Source: Cyclobacteriaceae bacterium (GTDB taxonomy: Bacteria; Bacteroidota; Bacteroidia; Cytophagales; Cyclobacteriaceae). Taken from it: a stretch of DNA of 64,000 nucleotides. Both the position numbers and the translations under genes were made by a program. The stretch covers positions 240,422 through 304,421 of the forward strand of contig CBDETI010000027.1 in NCBI GenBank assembly GCA_965242775.1. The letters are read 5' to 3'. The notes beneath the pieces are model-generated. The model worked only from the letters and a program-made list of their open reading frames with translations. It had not been told where the DNA came from and made no database searches. Below, in pieces: positions 49,233-58,705 of this stretch; within the stretch, counting starts at the first letter, position 1, and each line of letters begins with the position of its first letter.

Positions 49233-51122
49233 CTATGCGTTTGTATCAAGTGGAAGTCTTACGGTGAATGTGGTGCCCACTTCCGGTTCGCTCTCGACTT
49301 CAATTGCCCCTTTATTGAGGTGAACAAAGTCGTAAACCAGCTGCAATCCTAGCCCCAGGCCAGCTTCTCCGGAAGTTCCTTTCGTGGACTTGTTTTCATT
49401 CAATTTGAAGAGCGTTTCAAGTTTTTTGGCTGTCATGCCTACGCCATTATCCGTGACGGTAATGAAGCCCATATTACTTTCTTCACATTTTTTTGCGACC
49501 ACCTGAATCGATCCACCGGTCGGGGTAAATTTGATGGCATTGTTGATCAAATTTCTCAAAATGGCTGAGGTGGTATTCCGGTCTGTAAAGAGTTGGATGT
49601 CATCTTCTAATTGCAGCTCAAGTTTGATGTTCTTGGAGACGGCCATGTCCTTAAACATCTCTCCAACATCTGTCAAAACGGTAGGGAGGCTTAGCCTTTC
49701 GGGAGAGTAGGGAAAATGCCCTCTCTGCTGAAGCGCCCAATGCAAAAGGTTATCCAGGAGCTTTACCAGCCGGTCCACAGAGCTTTCCATCCGGTCCATC
49801 ATTTCACCTAACTGATCTGTTTTCTTGTCGTCCAGGAAGTATTTAGTAGCACTTACCAGTCCACTGAGCATCCCTACTGGTCCGCGCAAGTCATGAGAGA
49901 TGATGGAGAAAAACTTATCCTTGGTATTGTTAAGTTTCAGGAGCGAGTCTTTCTGCTCCTCGAGCTGTTTGTTGAGTCGGTTTTTGGATTTAGAGTAGGA
50001 GTAGACGATGATGACCAGGCAGATCACTATGAAGAGGATGATGCCGCCTGTTATTATGATGATCTGATTGCTTCTTTTTTGCTCGAGCAGGAGGTCCACC
50101 TCCGCTTGCTTTTGCCCTACCTCAAACTCGGTACGCAAATTGGCCAACCGCTGGGTGGTTTCCAGGTTTTGAATGCTGTCCTTATAGGCATAGTGCTGTA
50201 CGAGGTAGTCGATGGCTTTCGCATGGTCAGCTTTGCCCTGGTAGAGCCGAAAGAGAAGGAAAGAGGCATCTCGAACTTGTTCCTTGAGCCCTTCTTCTTT
50301 GGCCATCTCCAAGCCATTCATGGTGTACACGATCGCCTGATCTTCGTTCCCCTCTTCCAGGAAGATGTTCCCAAGTTGGTTATAGTAATCAGCGATGCCG
50401 TACCGATCTCCGAGGGGTGTAAGCATGCCAATTGCCTGGAAAAGATCGGTTTTTGCTTTTTGTATATTGCCTTGCTTCCAGAAGACCAATGCCCGATTCC
50501 CCACCAGATAGGCCAGTCCCAGCGTCATTCCTGCTTCTTGCAGGATAGGTTCGGATTCATTGTAGTAAGCCATCGCAGAATCCAGGTTTTCGATTAGATA
50601 ATAGTCGTAGCCCGTGTTGAGGAGCGTAAGTGCCAGCTGCTGTTTATTGTCTGTTTTTCGAAGAATTTCAATGGTTTTTGACCCGTACAACAATGCATTT
50701 TCCGAATCGCCATTTTGTGTATAGCAGGTGGAAATTTCAGCGTAGATATTTGCCAATAGCTCTTTGAACGCTTCCTGTGACGCGGCCTGATTGGCACCAG
50801 CGAAAAGATGCTCCAGCGATTTGCCCAAATTCCCCAACAATCTATTGGCTACCCCAAGCCGCAGGTTACCCTTGATCTTATATTCCAGATTGTTGGATTC
50901 CTGTGCCAGTTCTAAGGTCAGGTTGCCGTATTTGAGTTTTTCTTCAGGTGAGCTGGAGAAGGTAGCCAACCAATAACTTGCTTCTAACCTCTCGGCCTTG
51001 CTCAGACCACCAGTAGCAAGCAACTGGCGTAAGCTGTCAGCCTTCAGTTGGTCTCGCGCAATTCCCGCAACAAAAAGAAATGCACAGGAAATAATTAGAA
51101 TTGCTCTAATTACGCTGTGCAT
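49233..51122 (-). CDS. TPR-repeat sensor histidine kinase
   Basis: Signal peptide, TPR array, TM segment, H-box FFSIISHDLRGP, NLINNAIKFT, DNGVGM, GLGLGL. Confidence 0.85.
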   Translation of the reverse strand: MHSVIRAILIISCAFLFVAGIARDQLKADSLRQLLATGGLSKAERLEASYWLATFSSSPEEKLKYGNLTLELAQESNNLEYKIKGNLRLGVANRLLGNLGKSLEHLFAGANQAASQEAFKELLANIYAEISTCYTQNGDSENALLYGSKTIEILRKTDNKQQLALTLLNTGYDYYLIENLDSAMAYYNESEPILQEAGMTLGLAYLVGNRALVFWKQGNIQKAKTDLFQAIGMLTPLGDRYGIADYYNQLGNIFLEEGNEDQAIVYTMNGLEMAKEEGLKEQVRDASFLLFRLYQGKADHAKAIDYLVQHYAYKDSIQNLETTQRLANLRTEFEVGQKQAEVDLLLEQKRSNQIIIITGGIILFIVICLVIIVYSYSKSKNRLNKQLEEQKDSLLKLNNTKDKFFSIISHDLRGPVGMLSGLVSATKYFLDDKKTDQLGEMMDRMESSVDRLVKLLDNLLHWALQQRGHFPYSPERLSLPTVLTDVGEMFKDMAVSKNIKLELQLEDDIQLFTDRNTTSAILRNLINNAIKFTPTGGSIQVVAKKCEESNMGFITVTDNGVGMTAKKLETLFKLNENKSTKGTSGEAGLGLGLQLVYDFVHLNKGAIEVESEPEVGTTFTVRLPLDTNA

Positions 51123-51147
51123 TGAATTTCTACGGTTAAAACTGAAA

Positions 51148-51723
51148 TTACTTAATCTCTATTTTCGGATCTAGGCGGATTGGATCTCCTCCTCTGTTTT
51201 TTCTTATCTGATAGATAATATCATACTTCAATTGCTCCCCCGACATATCGTCATCCGGTACCACTGTCACCGCCCAAAGCTTGTTAACTTTGATCTCTTC
51301 GGGAAAGTCAACCAGAATGGCTTGCGAGGGCTGATCAAATTCAATTTCGACCAACTCCGAAAGACCTCCTCCACAGTACCAGAAAATATATTCTCCTGGA
51401 TCAACGAATGCGGTGACGGTTTCTTCATTTACTTCGCGGTAGCCTCTAACCTGATCTGTATTTGTGGCGAAATAGAGCTTTCCTTTACTGTATCTCAGAA
51501 CGGTTATGGCTCTGTCGCTTCCCCAATCTCTTCCTCTTCTAGCTTCGGGATGCTCCACTGCCAGTTGCTCGAAGTATTCATCAACTAGCTTTTCAGCAGC
51601 AATCATGTCCTCGTCAATTAGATTTAAATCGTCGCCGACCGAATCATCTTGGCAAGCAATTGTGGTGAGAAGAAAGAAAGCAATTAAAAGGAGGTGGTTT
51701 GTGTGTTGGCGGTACTTCATCAT
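51148..51723 (-). CDS. hypothetical lipoprotein upstream of the TPR kinase
   Basis: Lipobox LLTTIACQDD. 25-nt gap to the kinase gene. Confidence 0.5.
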   Translation of the reverse strand: MMKYRQHTNHLLLIAFFLLTTIACQDDSVGDDLNLIDEDMIAAEKLVDEYFEQLAVEHPEARRGRDWGSDRAITVLRYSKGKLYFATNTDQVRGYREVNEETVTAFVDPGEYIFWYCGGGLSELVEIEFDQPSQAILVDFPEEIKVNKLWAVTVVPDDDMSGEQLKYDIIYQIRKNRGGDPIRLDPKIEIK

Positions 51724-51928
51724 CTGCGTGTTGTGATATAAATATACCATCATTTGATAATAAAACAAGGAGGAATTCCGTCAGAAACGTAGAAATCGCC
51801 GATGAAACGGGATTTTTCGGGATGAACCGGCATTGTAAAATAGTTAAAAGTAAGGCGGACTAACTATCAGTGTAAACTTTGCTGTTGACGTAACCAGCAA
51901 TTGCGGCAATAGAAGCGGTGTAGACAAT

Positions 51929-51958
51929 AAAAAAAGCCTTGGGATTGGTTCCCAAGGC
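51929..51958 (-). terminator. rho-independent terminator of the 52033-55841 operon
   Basis: On the minus strand, GCCTTGGGA / TCCCAAGGC stem followed by T7. Confidence 0.75.
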
Positions 51959-52032
51959 GTGAGGAATGTCGCCCGTTGGCGACCAGAGAGGGGACTTGCT
52001 CTTAAGGCTAGAGAAATTAGGTCTTGCCTGAA

Positions 52033-53865
52033 TTATTCAATCAGGAGCTTTTCGGAGATAAAGACCGAATTTCCAGAGAGTACTACCACGTACTGCCCAG
52101 GAGATAGCGTACTAATATCAAACTGAAGGGCATGGGATGGCTCATCGATTTTCGACCTAAAAACAACCTTACCAGAGAGATCAACAATTTCCATCAATGA
52201 AGGAAGCGCTTCCGTCGAACTGAGTCGAACGGTAATATTACCTTCTGAAGGATTTGGATAGACGATTGTCTTTTGCCATTCGAGATCTTCTTGCTCAAAA
52301 CTGGATCTGGCATTGTTTGTTGAGGAACTCTCACACGTTAAAGGCAATATTTGGCAGTAGTCCTTCCAGTTGACATTTATGTTTAGCAACGCGTTTATTT
52401 TCACATCCAGAATAACCAAATGTGATTCCGTACTTGAGGGATCATTCGGATCATATCCGTGCCTTCTTGCACTTATCCTTCGGAACTTACAGATATTGTC
52501 ATAATCCGTAGGATCCAAACTATTGATCACATCATCATCGAAAGGTGCAAAATCTTGACAGATGATATTTCCACTAGTATCTTTTGGCAGGCAGCCATTT
52601 ATCGACCCTTCACATCCTCCAACCAGATTGCAGAGGTTCTTGCCATTATCGATGGTCTCATATATCCCATCCAAGTCACATGTTGTGGCGGTACAGTTGT
52701 CAGGATCCCAGCCATTAATATAATCTACCACCTCGGGTACGCCAATTGATGTGCAGTAATCCACTATCTGACAAAAGGTACGAGCACCATCCTCGAATAA
52801 TTCTTGCATGGAAATTTGATCGCAACCGTAGGGCTGATGATCAGGGAAGAATTGATACAACTGATCGGGAGCATAATAATCATCACCCAGACTCGCACAA
52901 TGCTCTTTTTCAGGCTCGTTAATGAAACCTGCCTCAGTTACCTTCATATCATGCAATGAGCCCACGACGAACTTTCCGACAGCTGCGGCCGCCCCTGCGA
53001 TTGATTCCGGATCAGGTTTTGCAATTAGCTTGCCGATGTGGACCGCATCAGATATCCACGATCTGAATATCTGACGTTCCGCGTTGAGACTTACGTTGGA
53101 GTGGCGGTGACCTAAGCCATACTCCGAGGGTGCCAGTGTTTCCTGTGTTATGAATGATTCGCCCATTTCAGGAAAAATATCGATCCAAGGGCTTATGGAA
53201 CTTAGTCCATTGAAATAAATCTTTTGATATGAACTCACATATATCGCGGACCTTGACCTTCTATAAAATCGTCCATCGAGAATATTCAAATCCTTTGATT
53301 TGATGACGAAACGAGAATAATCAAAAGGATTGTGGGAGTCGTGATCATTTGTGCTGGCACTTTTGCCTACGAGTCCGGAGCTAAGAACATCTAATTCATC
53401 CTTGCTAAAAATACCCAATTGAGAATTGGAATGGAGATAGAATACAAAGTGTTCGAACGCAAATGGTGAACTAACTCCCATGTTTGAACCTAAGCGGTTA
53501 TCTTCTACATCATGAATAAATACTTTAGAGTTATTGATGATTTTTATGTCCTCCGAATAGAGGTTAAACCTGTTGCAATAAACAATTAGGGTAGAATTGG
53601 AAATCGTTTCCATGTAGCGATCCAACTCGAAAAAATCACTGTAAATCAGCACCGTCTGATTCTCCAAGCTTTTCTCCAAGTGAATACCTCCCATCAGGCT
53701 CCGGTCTTTGTTGTAAACAATGAACTGTTCCCCACTCTCGATTTTGTCATTGAGGTCGTCTGAACTCTGAGCCTCGACGATATTGGCGGGGTAGGGCACG
53801 CAAGGCTGCCCTACAACCAGTTGCCATCCGAAAAGACAACAGAGGAAAGTAAATACCGCTCTCAT
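52033..53865 (-). CDS. secreted Cys-rich protein of unknown function with T9SS C-terminal sorting domain
   Basis: Signal peptide, a possible beta-helix-like N-half, a Cys-rich middle region, and a C-terminal TIVYPNPSEGNITV...GQYVVVL...KLLIE type-A CTD. Confidence 0.7.
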   Translation of the reverse strand: MRAVFTFLCCLFGWQLVVGQPCVPYPANIVEAQSSDDLNDKIESGEQFIVYNKDRSLMGGIHLEKSLENQTVLIYSDFFELDRYMETISNSTLIVYCNRFNLYSEDIKIINNSKVFIHDVEDNRLGSNMGVSSPFAFEHFVFYLHSNSQLGIFSKDELDVLSSGLVGKSASTNDHDSHNPFDYSRFVIKSKDLNILDGRFYRRSRSAIYVSSYQKIYFNGLSSISPWIDIFPEMGESFITQETLAPSEYGLGHRHSNVSLNAERQIFRSWISDAVHIGKLIAKPDPESIAGAAAAVGKFVVGSLHDMKVTEAGFINEPEKEHCASLGDDYYAPDQLYQFFPDHQPYGCDQISMQELFEDGARTFCQIVDYCTSIGVPEVVDYINGWDPDNCTATTCDLDGIYETIDNGKNLCNLVGGCEGSINGCLPKDTSGNIICQDFAPFDDDVINSLDPTDYDNICKFRRISARRHGYDPNDPSSTESHLVILDVKINALLNINVNWKDYCQILPLTCESSSTNNARSSFEQEDLEWQKTIVYPNPSEGNITVRLSSTEALPSLMEIVDLSGKVVFRSKIDEPSHALQFDISTLSPGQYVVVLSGNSVFISEKLLIE

Positions 53866-55841
53866 TTTTCACCTGATTTTGCTTGTGGTTCTTCCAGTTG
53901 CGACTGAACCCAACTTTTGAAATCTTCCACTTCCGCCTTGAGCCGATTGACCTCAGCGTTCAACTGGAGATTTTCCGCTGCCTTCTCCTCCAATTGATGT
54001 TGCTGCTCAATGGTGTACAAGGTCAACTCCTCTACTTTTTCTAATAGTTTGAAGCTTATCTCCTTAACGTCCAATCCTTCTGCCTCGAACTCGGCAGCGC
54101 TCCTGACCCGGGGCAAATGATGGTATTCATTGATGTATTGCTCCACTTCCTTCAGGCTTAGGAGATCATAATCCTCAGCAAACACATAATCGGGTCCTCC
54201 GGCTCCATTTAACTCAAGGTCCCCATTGACAACTGTCATGTCCCCATTGATATAGGTGTGACTTTCTGACCAACCTAGGTTAACTACCTTCTCAGCATTT
54301 GGGTCATGGGGTTGCGCAATATTCAACACTGCTACACCTCCAATTTCAATTTTGAACCGATCAGCATTTTCTTCTGCAAGGGACACTATGCTATAGGTGT
54401 TCGTCGTGCCGTCATCCTGAAATTTGATACGAGCGTTTTGCTGTCCAGTCACGACCACTTCACCGTTCAATTGTACCTGATCAGCGCCTACGGATACGAC
54501 GCCTGTGGACCCATCTTCCTGAAATGAGAGAATATTGTAAGGATTGCCACCATTCCAGCCAGACTTCTGTCGATGGATACCAAAGTCTGTACCTCCCTGG
54601 TCCAGTCCGACGGTATAATGCTGGTTGTTGTCTACGGTATACCGTAGTTTCAGTGTGTTATTGGAGGGCATGACCAAATCCAAGGCGTCTTTGGGGACCT
54701 CATTGTTGTGCATGCCTATACCGATATAACCATCCTTACTTGCCGTCAAAGCAGTCTTTGCCTCAGTGCTGCCTGCCCTGGTTTCCACAAACCGCAGCTC
54801 GAACTTGCCTTCTTTATTGTCCAAATCGTTCCAGCTGATCATTCGCCATGTCTTGTTGTTCCCCAGGCTGGAAAAATTCAGACTGCTGGCTTTCTTTAGC
54901 TGAGGGGCTTTTAGATTGACCTCCATGTTGGAAGCGTCATCAAGCGCGACTTGCATCCCAGCATTGGTTGATCCATCCGATGATATCCATTTTTCATCCG
55001 TGCGCATACCAGTGCCGAGGATCATTTGACCATTGACTTTGGTATTGCCATCAACCGTAAACTTGTTATTGGGAGAGTCAGTGCCAATACCTACCTTTCC
55101 CTGCTCGTCGATATAAATGCCCTGACCTGTACCATCATAGGATAACCAATGACCATTGGTTTGCAAGTTTTTAAAGATCTTCAGGGATTGAACTTTGGAA
55201 ATGCCGTTTACTTGCAGGTCACGAGCTACTGAAATGTCACGTTCTGTGACCAGATCAAGGTCTGCTTTGATGGTGCCATTGGCTTTTATCCCTCCATCTA
55301 CATGCAGCTTTTTTAATGGATAGATATCGCCTATGGCAAACTTCCCGTCAGCAGTCGATCGGAGACCATCGGCATTGCCGTCGTACGATATGACGTTGCT
55401 TCCGAGAACAATTGGCCCCTGACTTCTTAGACCGCCGGATTGAATAAGTCCGTTCACGTGAAGTCTAGTCTGCGGGTCGTTTACACCCACACCTACGCGT
55501 CCGTCAGCAGCTATGTAAATGCCACGACCGGTGATATCAACCGGGCCTGATTGATCAAACGATTGATGGGAGATCCAATGGCCGTTGGTGAAAATGTCGG
55601 ATTCCATAGAAAGGCCATCTGTGACATTAATTCGATCTGCATTGAGAGTGCCGTGAATATCCGTTGCTCCGTCAGTGAACCCCTGGATGACCAATTCCTG
55701 AGTGACTAGCACTTCAGTATTGACACTGTCTGCGACGATTACTTCTTCTTTCCGGTCGTCCTGCTGACCATGACTTAGGTGGGTAAAAAGGTAGGCGCAG
55801 ACCACTAGACATAAAGAGAGATTGGTTTGATTTTTTTCCAT
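53862..55841 (-). CDS. secreted tail-fibre-like repeat protein with C-terminal coiled coil
   Basis: Signal peptide. Reiterated TNGHW.S...GIYI...G.VG.G...P...L.V.G modules. C-terminal PDYVFAEDYDLLSLKEVEQYINEYHHLP followed by a heptad-rich tail. ATGA overlap with the downstream gene. Confidence 0.65.
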   Translation of the reverse strand: MEKNQTNLSLCLVVCAYLFTHLSHGQQDDRKEEVIVADSVNTEVLVTQELVIQGFTDGATDIHGTLNADRINVTDGLSMESDIFTNGHWISHQSFDQSGPVDITGRGIYIAADGRVGVGVNDPQTRLHVNGLIQSGGLRSQGPIVLGSNVISYDGNADGLRSTADGKFAIGDIYPLKKLHVDGGIKANGTIKADLDLVTERDISVARDLQVNGISKVQSLKIFKNLQTNGHWLSYDGTGQGIYIDEQGKVGIGTDSPNNKFTVDGNTKVNGQMILGTGMRTDEKWISSDGSTNAGMQVALDDASNMEVNLKAPQLKKASSLNFSSLGNNKTWRMISWNDLDNKEGKFELRFVETRAGSTEAKTALTASKDGYIGIGMHNNEVPKDALDLVMPSNNTLKLRYTVDNNQHYTVGLDQGGTDFGIHRQKSGWNGGNPYNILSFQEDGSTGVVSVGADQVQLNGEVVVTGQQNARIKFQDDGTTNTYSIVSLAEENADRFKIEIGGVAVLNIAQPHDPNAEKVVNLGWSESHTYINGDMTVVNGDLELNGAGGPDYVFAEDYDLLSLKEVEQYINEYHHLPRVRSAAEFEAEGLDVKEISFKLLEKVEELTLYTIEQQHQLEEKAAENLQLNAEVNRLKAEVEDFKSWVQSQLEEPQAKSGEK

Positions 55842-56295
55842 GTTTTGCTCTTGGTTTTTCCTGAAAGGAAGTGAAAACCTGGAACTATCGACTCGCTGAA
55901 CTTGCGAATTTCAAGATGGCCCTGTGAAAGTGAGCATTGGCACTATTCAAGGCTATGATTCTCCTCGCACCTACTACTTATGCTGTTTGCAAGTTGAGCG
56001 CTGGCTCCATTTAGGTTGGGGCTCTCCTTTCCTGACAAAATGTACTTTCCTTACGATGAACGCCTGTTTTCTGCAGGTTCCAGACCTTTCCTTTCGGGAC
56101 TTTTCATTATCTCATTGATGTCAAACTAGTGGCCACTTCGTCGCCTACATGGCGATATTGAAGTTGACAAGAATTCCCTCCGACCTTCGTTCTCTTTTGA
56201 TTCAATTCGCAACTATCTCCCCTAGTCTAAGGAGTTTTATCTCCCAACATCATTAAGAATTCAGCGGGCGAGTGTTTTGACCTAAAGAGCGCATT

Positions 56296-57990
56296 TTGAA
56301 ATTACTTGTAATTGTACTGGTGATTTTCGCCCACGGGTGTATAATCTCCAGATCGCAAGCTGCGAATTTGTTTCGGTTTGCCACCGATACGGGTGTGATT
56401 TTGCAAGAATGGGAAGTTAGAAAGTCACCCGGAGAAAATTGGGCAAAATTTGAGATCACGGATGCCGCTTATCATCGAGGCTACAACGAGTTTCAAACTC
56501 GGATTTTCCTGGAAGGGCAGCTGGACGAATTCAAATATTTGGTGATCAGGTGTTATGGGCCACTTTCCGCCTATAAATTGTATTGGGATGATGAGTTGAT
56601 TTGCGCCAATGGCCTGCCTTCCGAAGAACCGGATAAAGAGGAGCCGGGTCAACTATTGCAGACGGTGAAACTCCCCAGGAGAATGGTCACTGAAGGGAGC
56701 CATACCATGCAGTTGATCCATTCCAATTGGACCAATCTACCTGTCCATTCTTTTTTGAACAATGATTTTGGGCTAGGCCTTACTTTCATTGGATATGGGG
56801 ATGTATTCCTTAGTACCGAGCGCAGTGCCATCTTGAGTGCGACATTGGGGGGCATGGTGCTGATATTAACAGCCCTCTACAGCCTTGTTCTTTTCTATTC
56901 GGGAAAACCCTATAAATCTTATTTACTGCTGTCTATATTTTGTTTCCTCAACATTGGCGTACTGGTCATACATTTTTCAGAACTGTATTTCCCTGTAAAC
57001 ATGGCTTATTATACTGCCGTGTCTACACTTTTACTTGTGATAGTAGCGCTTAAAAGTGCTTTTCTGTGTTATTTCTTCGCTTTTTACTTTCGGTTCGATT
57101 GGCGAAAACGGTCGTTTCCCTTGTTGTTGATTTTTTCCGGATTGGGTCTGGTATATGCCGGTTTCCTTTTCAATTTTTTCACCATGACTGGCATTGGTAT
57201 TGTTATGGCCACCTATGCATCTTATCATAGGCAAGTGGGTTCCCAAAGCGCCTTGATCGGCCTTTTGGGCATGGTGCTTCTAGCTTTACTGACCAATCAT
57301 CTGCCCTTCACACCTGGTTATGCCCATGGGTCTACATTCTTTGCCTTTGCCATGATCTTTTCTGTTGGCAGGCAAATAAAGAATACCAACAGGGTCAAGC
57401 ATCAGCTAGAGCTAAGGTCAGCGAGATTAGAAACCGCTATGATCAAGAAAAGTATTCAGCCACACTTCCTGATGAATACGTTGTTATCCATCATTTCCTG
57501 GTTGGAAACCCAGCCCAAGGTCGCAGTGGAATTGATACAGTCCTTGGCTCAGGAATTTCGAATGATCAACGACATTTCAGGCAAAAGTGAAGTCACCTTA
57601 CGGGAAGAATTGGATCTATGTAAAAACCATCTGCAACTGATGAGCTTGAGAAAAAGTGCGGAATACAAACTGATTGTAAAGAACGTACCTCTCGATTATA
57701 AAATTCCCCCGATGATTTTTCATACGTTGATGGAAAATGGTTTGACTCACGCTTTTCGGGGCGGTGAAGCTGGTACTTTTTGGGTCACTTACCAGGCGAG
57801 GGACGACTTTGACGTTTTCACCTTAAAAAATGACGGATCACAGATCAAATTGATAGGTCAAGCCACGGAGGGAGTAGGTATCACATTTGTCCGTTCACAG
57901 CTAAGGGCCAAGTATAAGAGGCGATGGCACCTGGAGGCTGGGATCAAGAACGATAACTGGGTTGTCAATCTAACTATATACAAATCATGA
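56296..57990 (+). CDS. LytS/YehU-type sensor histidine kinase with extracellular and 7-TM input domains
   Basis: Signal peptide, about 160-aa extracytoplasmic domain, 7 TM helices, His_kinase motif QPHFLMNTLLSI, HATPase-like C-terminus. TTG start. Confidence 0.8.
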   Translation: MKLLVIVLVIFAHGCIISRSQAANLFRFATDTGVILQEWEVRKSPGENWAKFEITDAAYHRGYNEFQTRIFLEGQLDEFKYLVIRCYGPLSAYKLYWDDELICANGLPSEEPDKEEPGQLLQTVKLPRRMVTEGSHTMQLIHSNWTNLPVHSFLNNDFGLGLTFIGYGDVFLSTERSAILSATLGGMVLILTALYSLVLFYSGKPYKSYLLLSIFCFLNIGVLVIHFSELYFPVNMAYYTAVSTLLLVIVALKSAFLCYFFAFYFRFDWRKRSFPLLLIFSGLGLVYAGFLFNFFTMTGIGIVMATYASYHRQVGSQSALIGLLGMVLLALLTNHLPFTPGYAHGSTFFAFAMIFSVGRQIKNTNRVKHQLELRSARLETAMIKKSIQPHFLMNTLLSIISWLETQPKVAVELIQSLAQEFRMINDISGKSEVTLREELDLCKNHLQLMSLRKSAEYKLIVKNVPLDYKIPPMIFHTLMENGLTHAFRGGEAGTFWVTYQARDDFDVFTLKNDGSQIKLIGQATEGVGITFVRSQLRAKYKRRWHLEAGIKNDNWVVNLTIYKS

Positions 57991-58688
57991 AAGTCCTGAT
58001 TGTTGAAGATGAAATCCCCATTGCCACTTACATTCAAAATACCATAACAGCAATCCTTAAGAACCGGCAGGTTACTGTTGCTTTTGGACACACACTGGAG
58101 GATGCCAACAGGTTGACTGACTCCAGAGCTATAGATTTATGCCTGCTGGATCTGAACCTTAACGGCGAAGACGGATTTGAAATTTTGAAAAAGGCAACCG
58201 CACATGCTTTTGAGACCATCGTTATTTCCGCCAATGTCGTCAGGGCCGTAGAGGCTTTTGAGTATGGCGTGTTGGATTTCATTCCCAAGCCTTTTGAAAC
58301 ACATCGCTTGAAGACTGCTTTGGATAGATTTCTGAGCGCCAATTTCACCCGTCGAACACGGATTCAATACATTTCCTTTCGAAGAAAGGATGGCTATCAT
58401 GTGCTTAGGACCGATAGTATCAAGTTTTTCAAGGCATCCAATATCTATGTAGAAGCTCATCTTTGGGCTGGTTCTTACCAGTTGCTTGACAAAACAATGG
58501 AGATAATGGAGAAGTTGCTTCCTGCCGATTTCTTCAGAATTCACCGATCGTATATTGTCCGCCTGTCGGATATCAGCCACTACAAGCACGCCGGAGGAGG
58601 GATTTATCAAGTGACCCTCAAGGACAACCTGATATTGCCCTTAAGCAGAGACAAATACAAATATTTACTTACAATCCTTAACAGGTAA
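57987..58688 (+). CDS. LytTR-family response regulator
   Basis: Receiver domain (VLIVEDE...LLDLNL) plus a LytTR DNA-binding domain (FFRIHRSYIV). ATGA overlap with the kinase gene. Confidence 0.9.
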   Translation: MKVLIVEDEIPIATYIQNTITAILKNRQVTVAFGHTLEDANRLTDSRAIDLCLLDLNLNGEDGFEILKKATAHAFETIVISANVVRAVEAFEYGVLDFIPKPFETHRLKTALDRFLSANFTRRTRIQYISFRRKDGYHVLRTDSIKFFKASNIYVEAHLWAGSYQLLDKTMEIMEKLLPADFFRIHRSYIVRLSDISHYKHAGGGIYQVTLKDNLILPLSRDKYKYLLTILNR

Positions 58689-58705
58689 GGAATTAGCGAA
58701 TGTGG

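Noticed and set aside
49893-50597. 234-aa + strand ORF
   Set aside because: It is antisense to the TPR histidine kinase. Its translation is low-complexity and it has no start context.
53862-55841. Prophage remnant, suggested by the tail-fibre-like protein
   Set aside because: No capsid, portal, terminase, baseplate, integrase or lysis genes lie within 10 kb on either side. The protein has a Sec signal peptide, which fits a cellular surface protein.
55863-56095. Invertible (phase-variable) promoter upstream of the surface-protein operon
   Set aside because: The only flanking inverted repeat I found is 8 bp (GAAAGGAA / TTCCTTTC). That is too short for known Bacteroidota invertases, and no site-specific recombinase gene is nearby.
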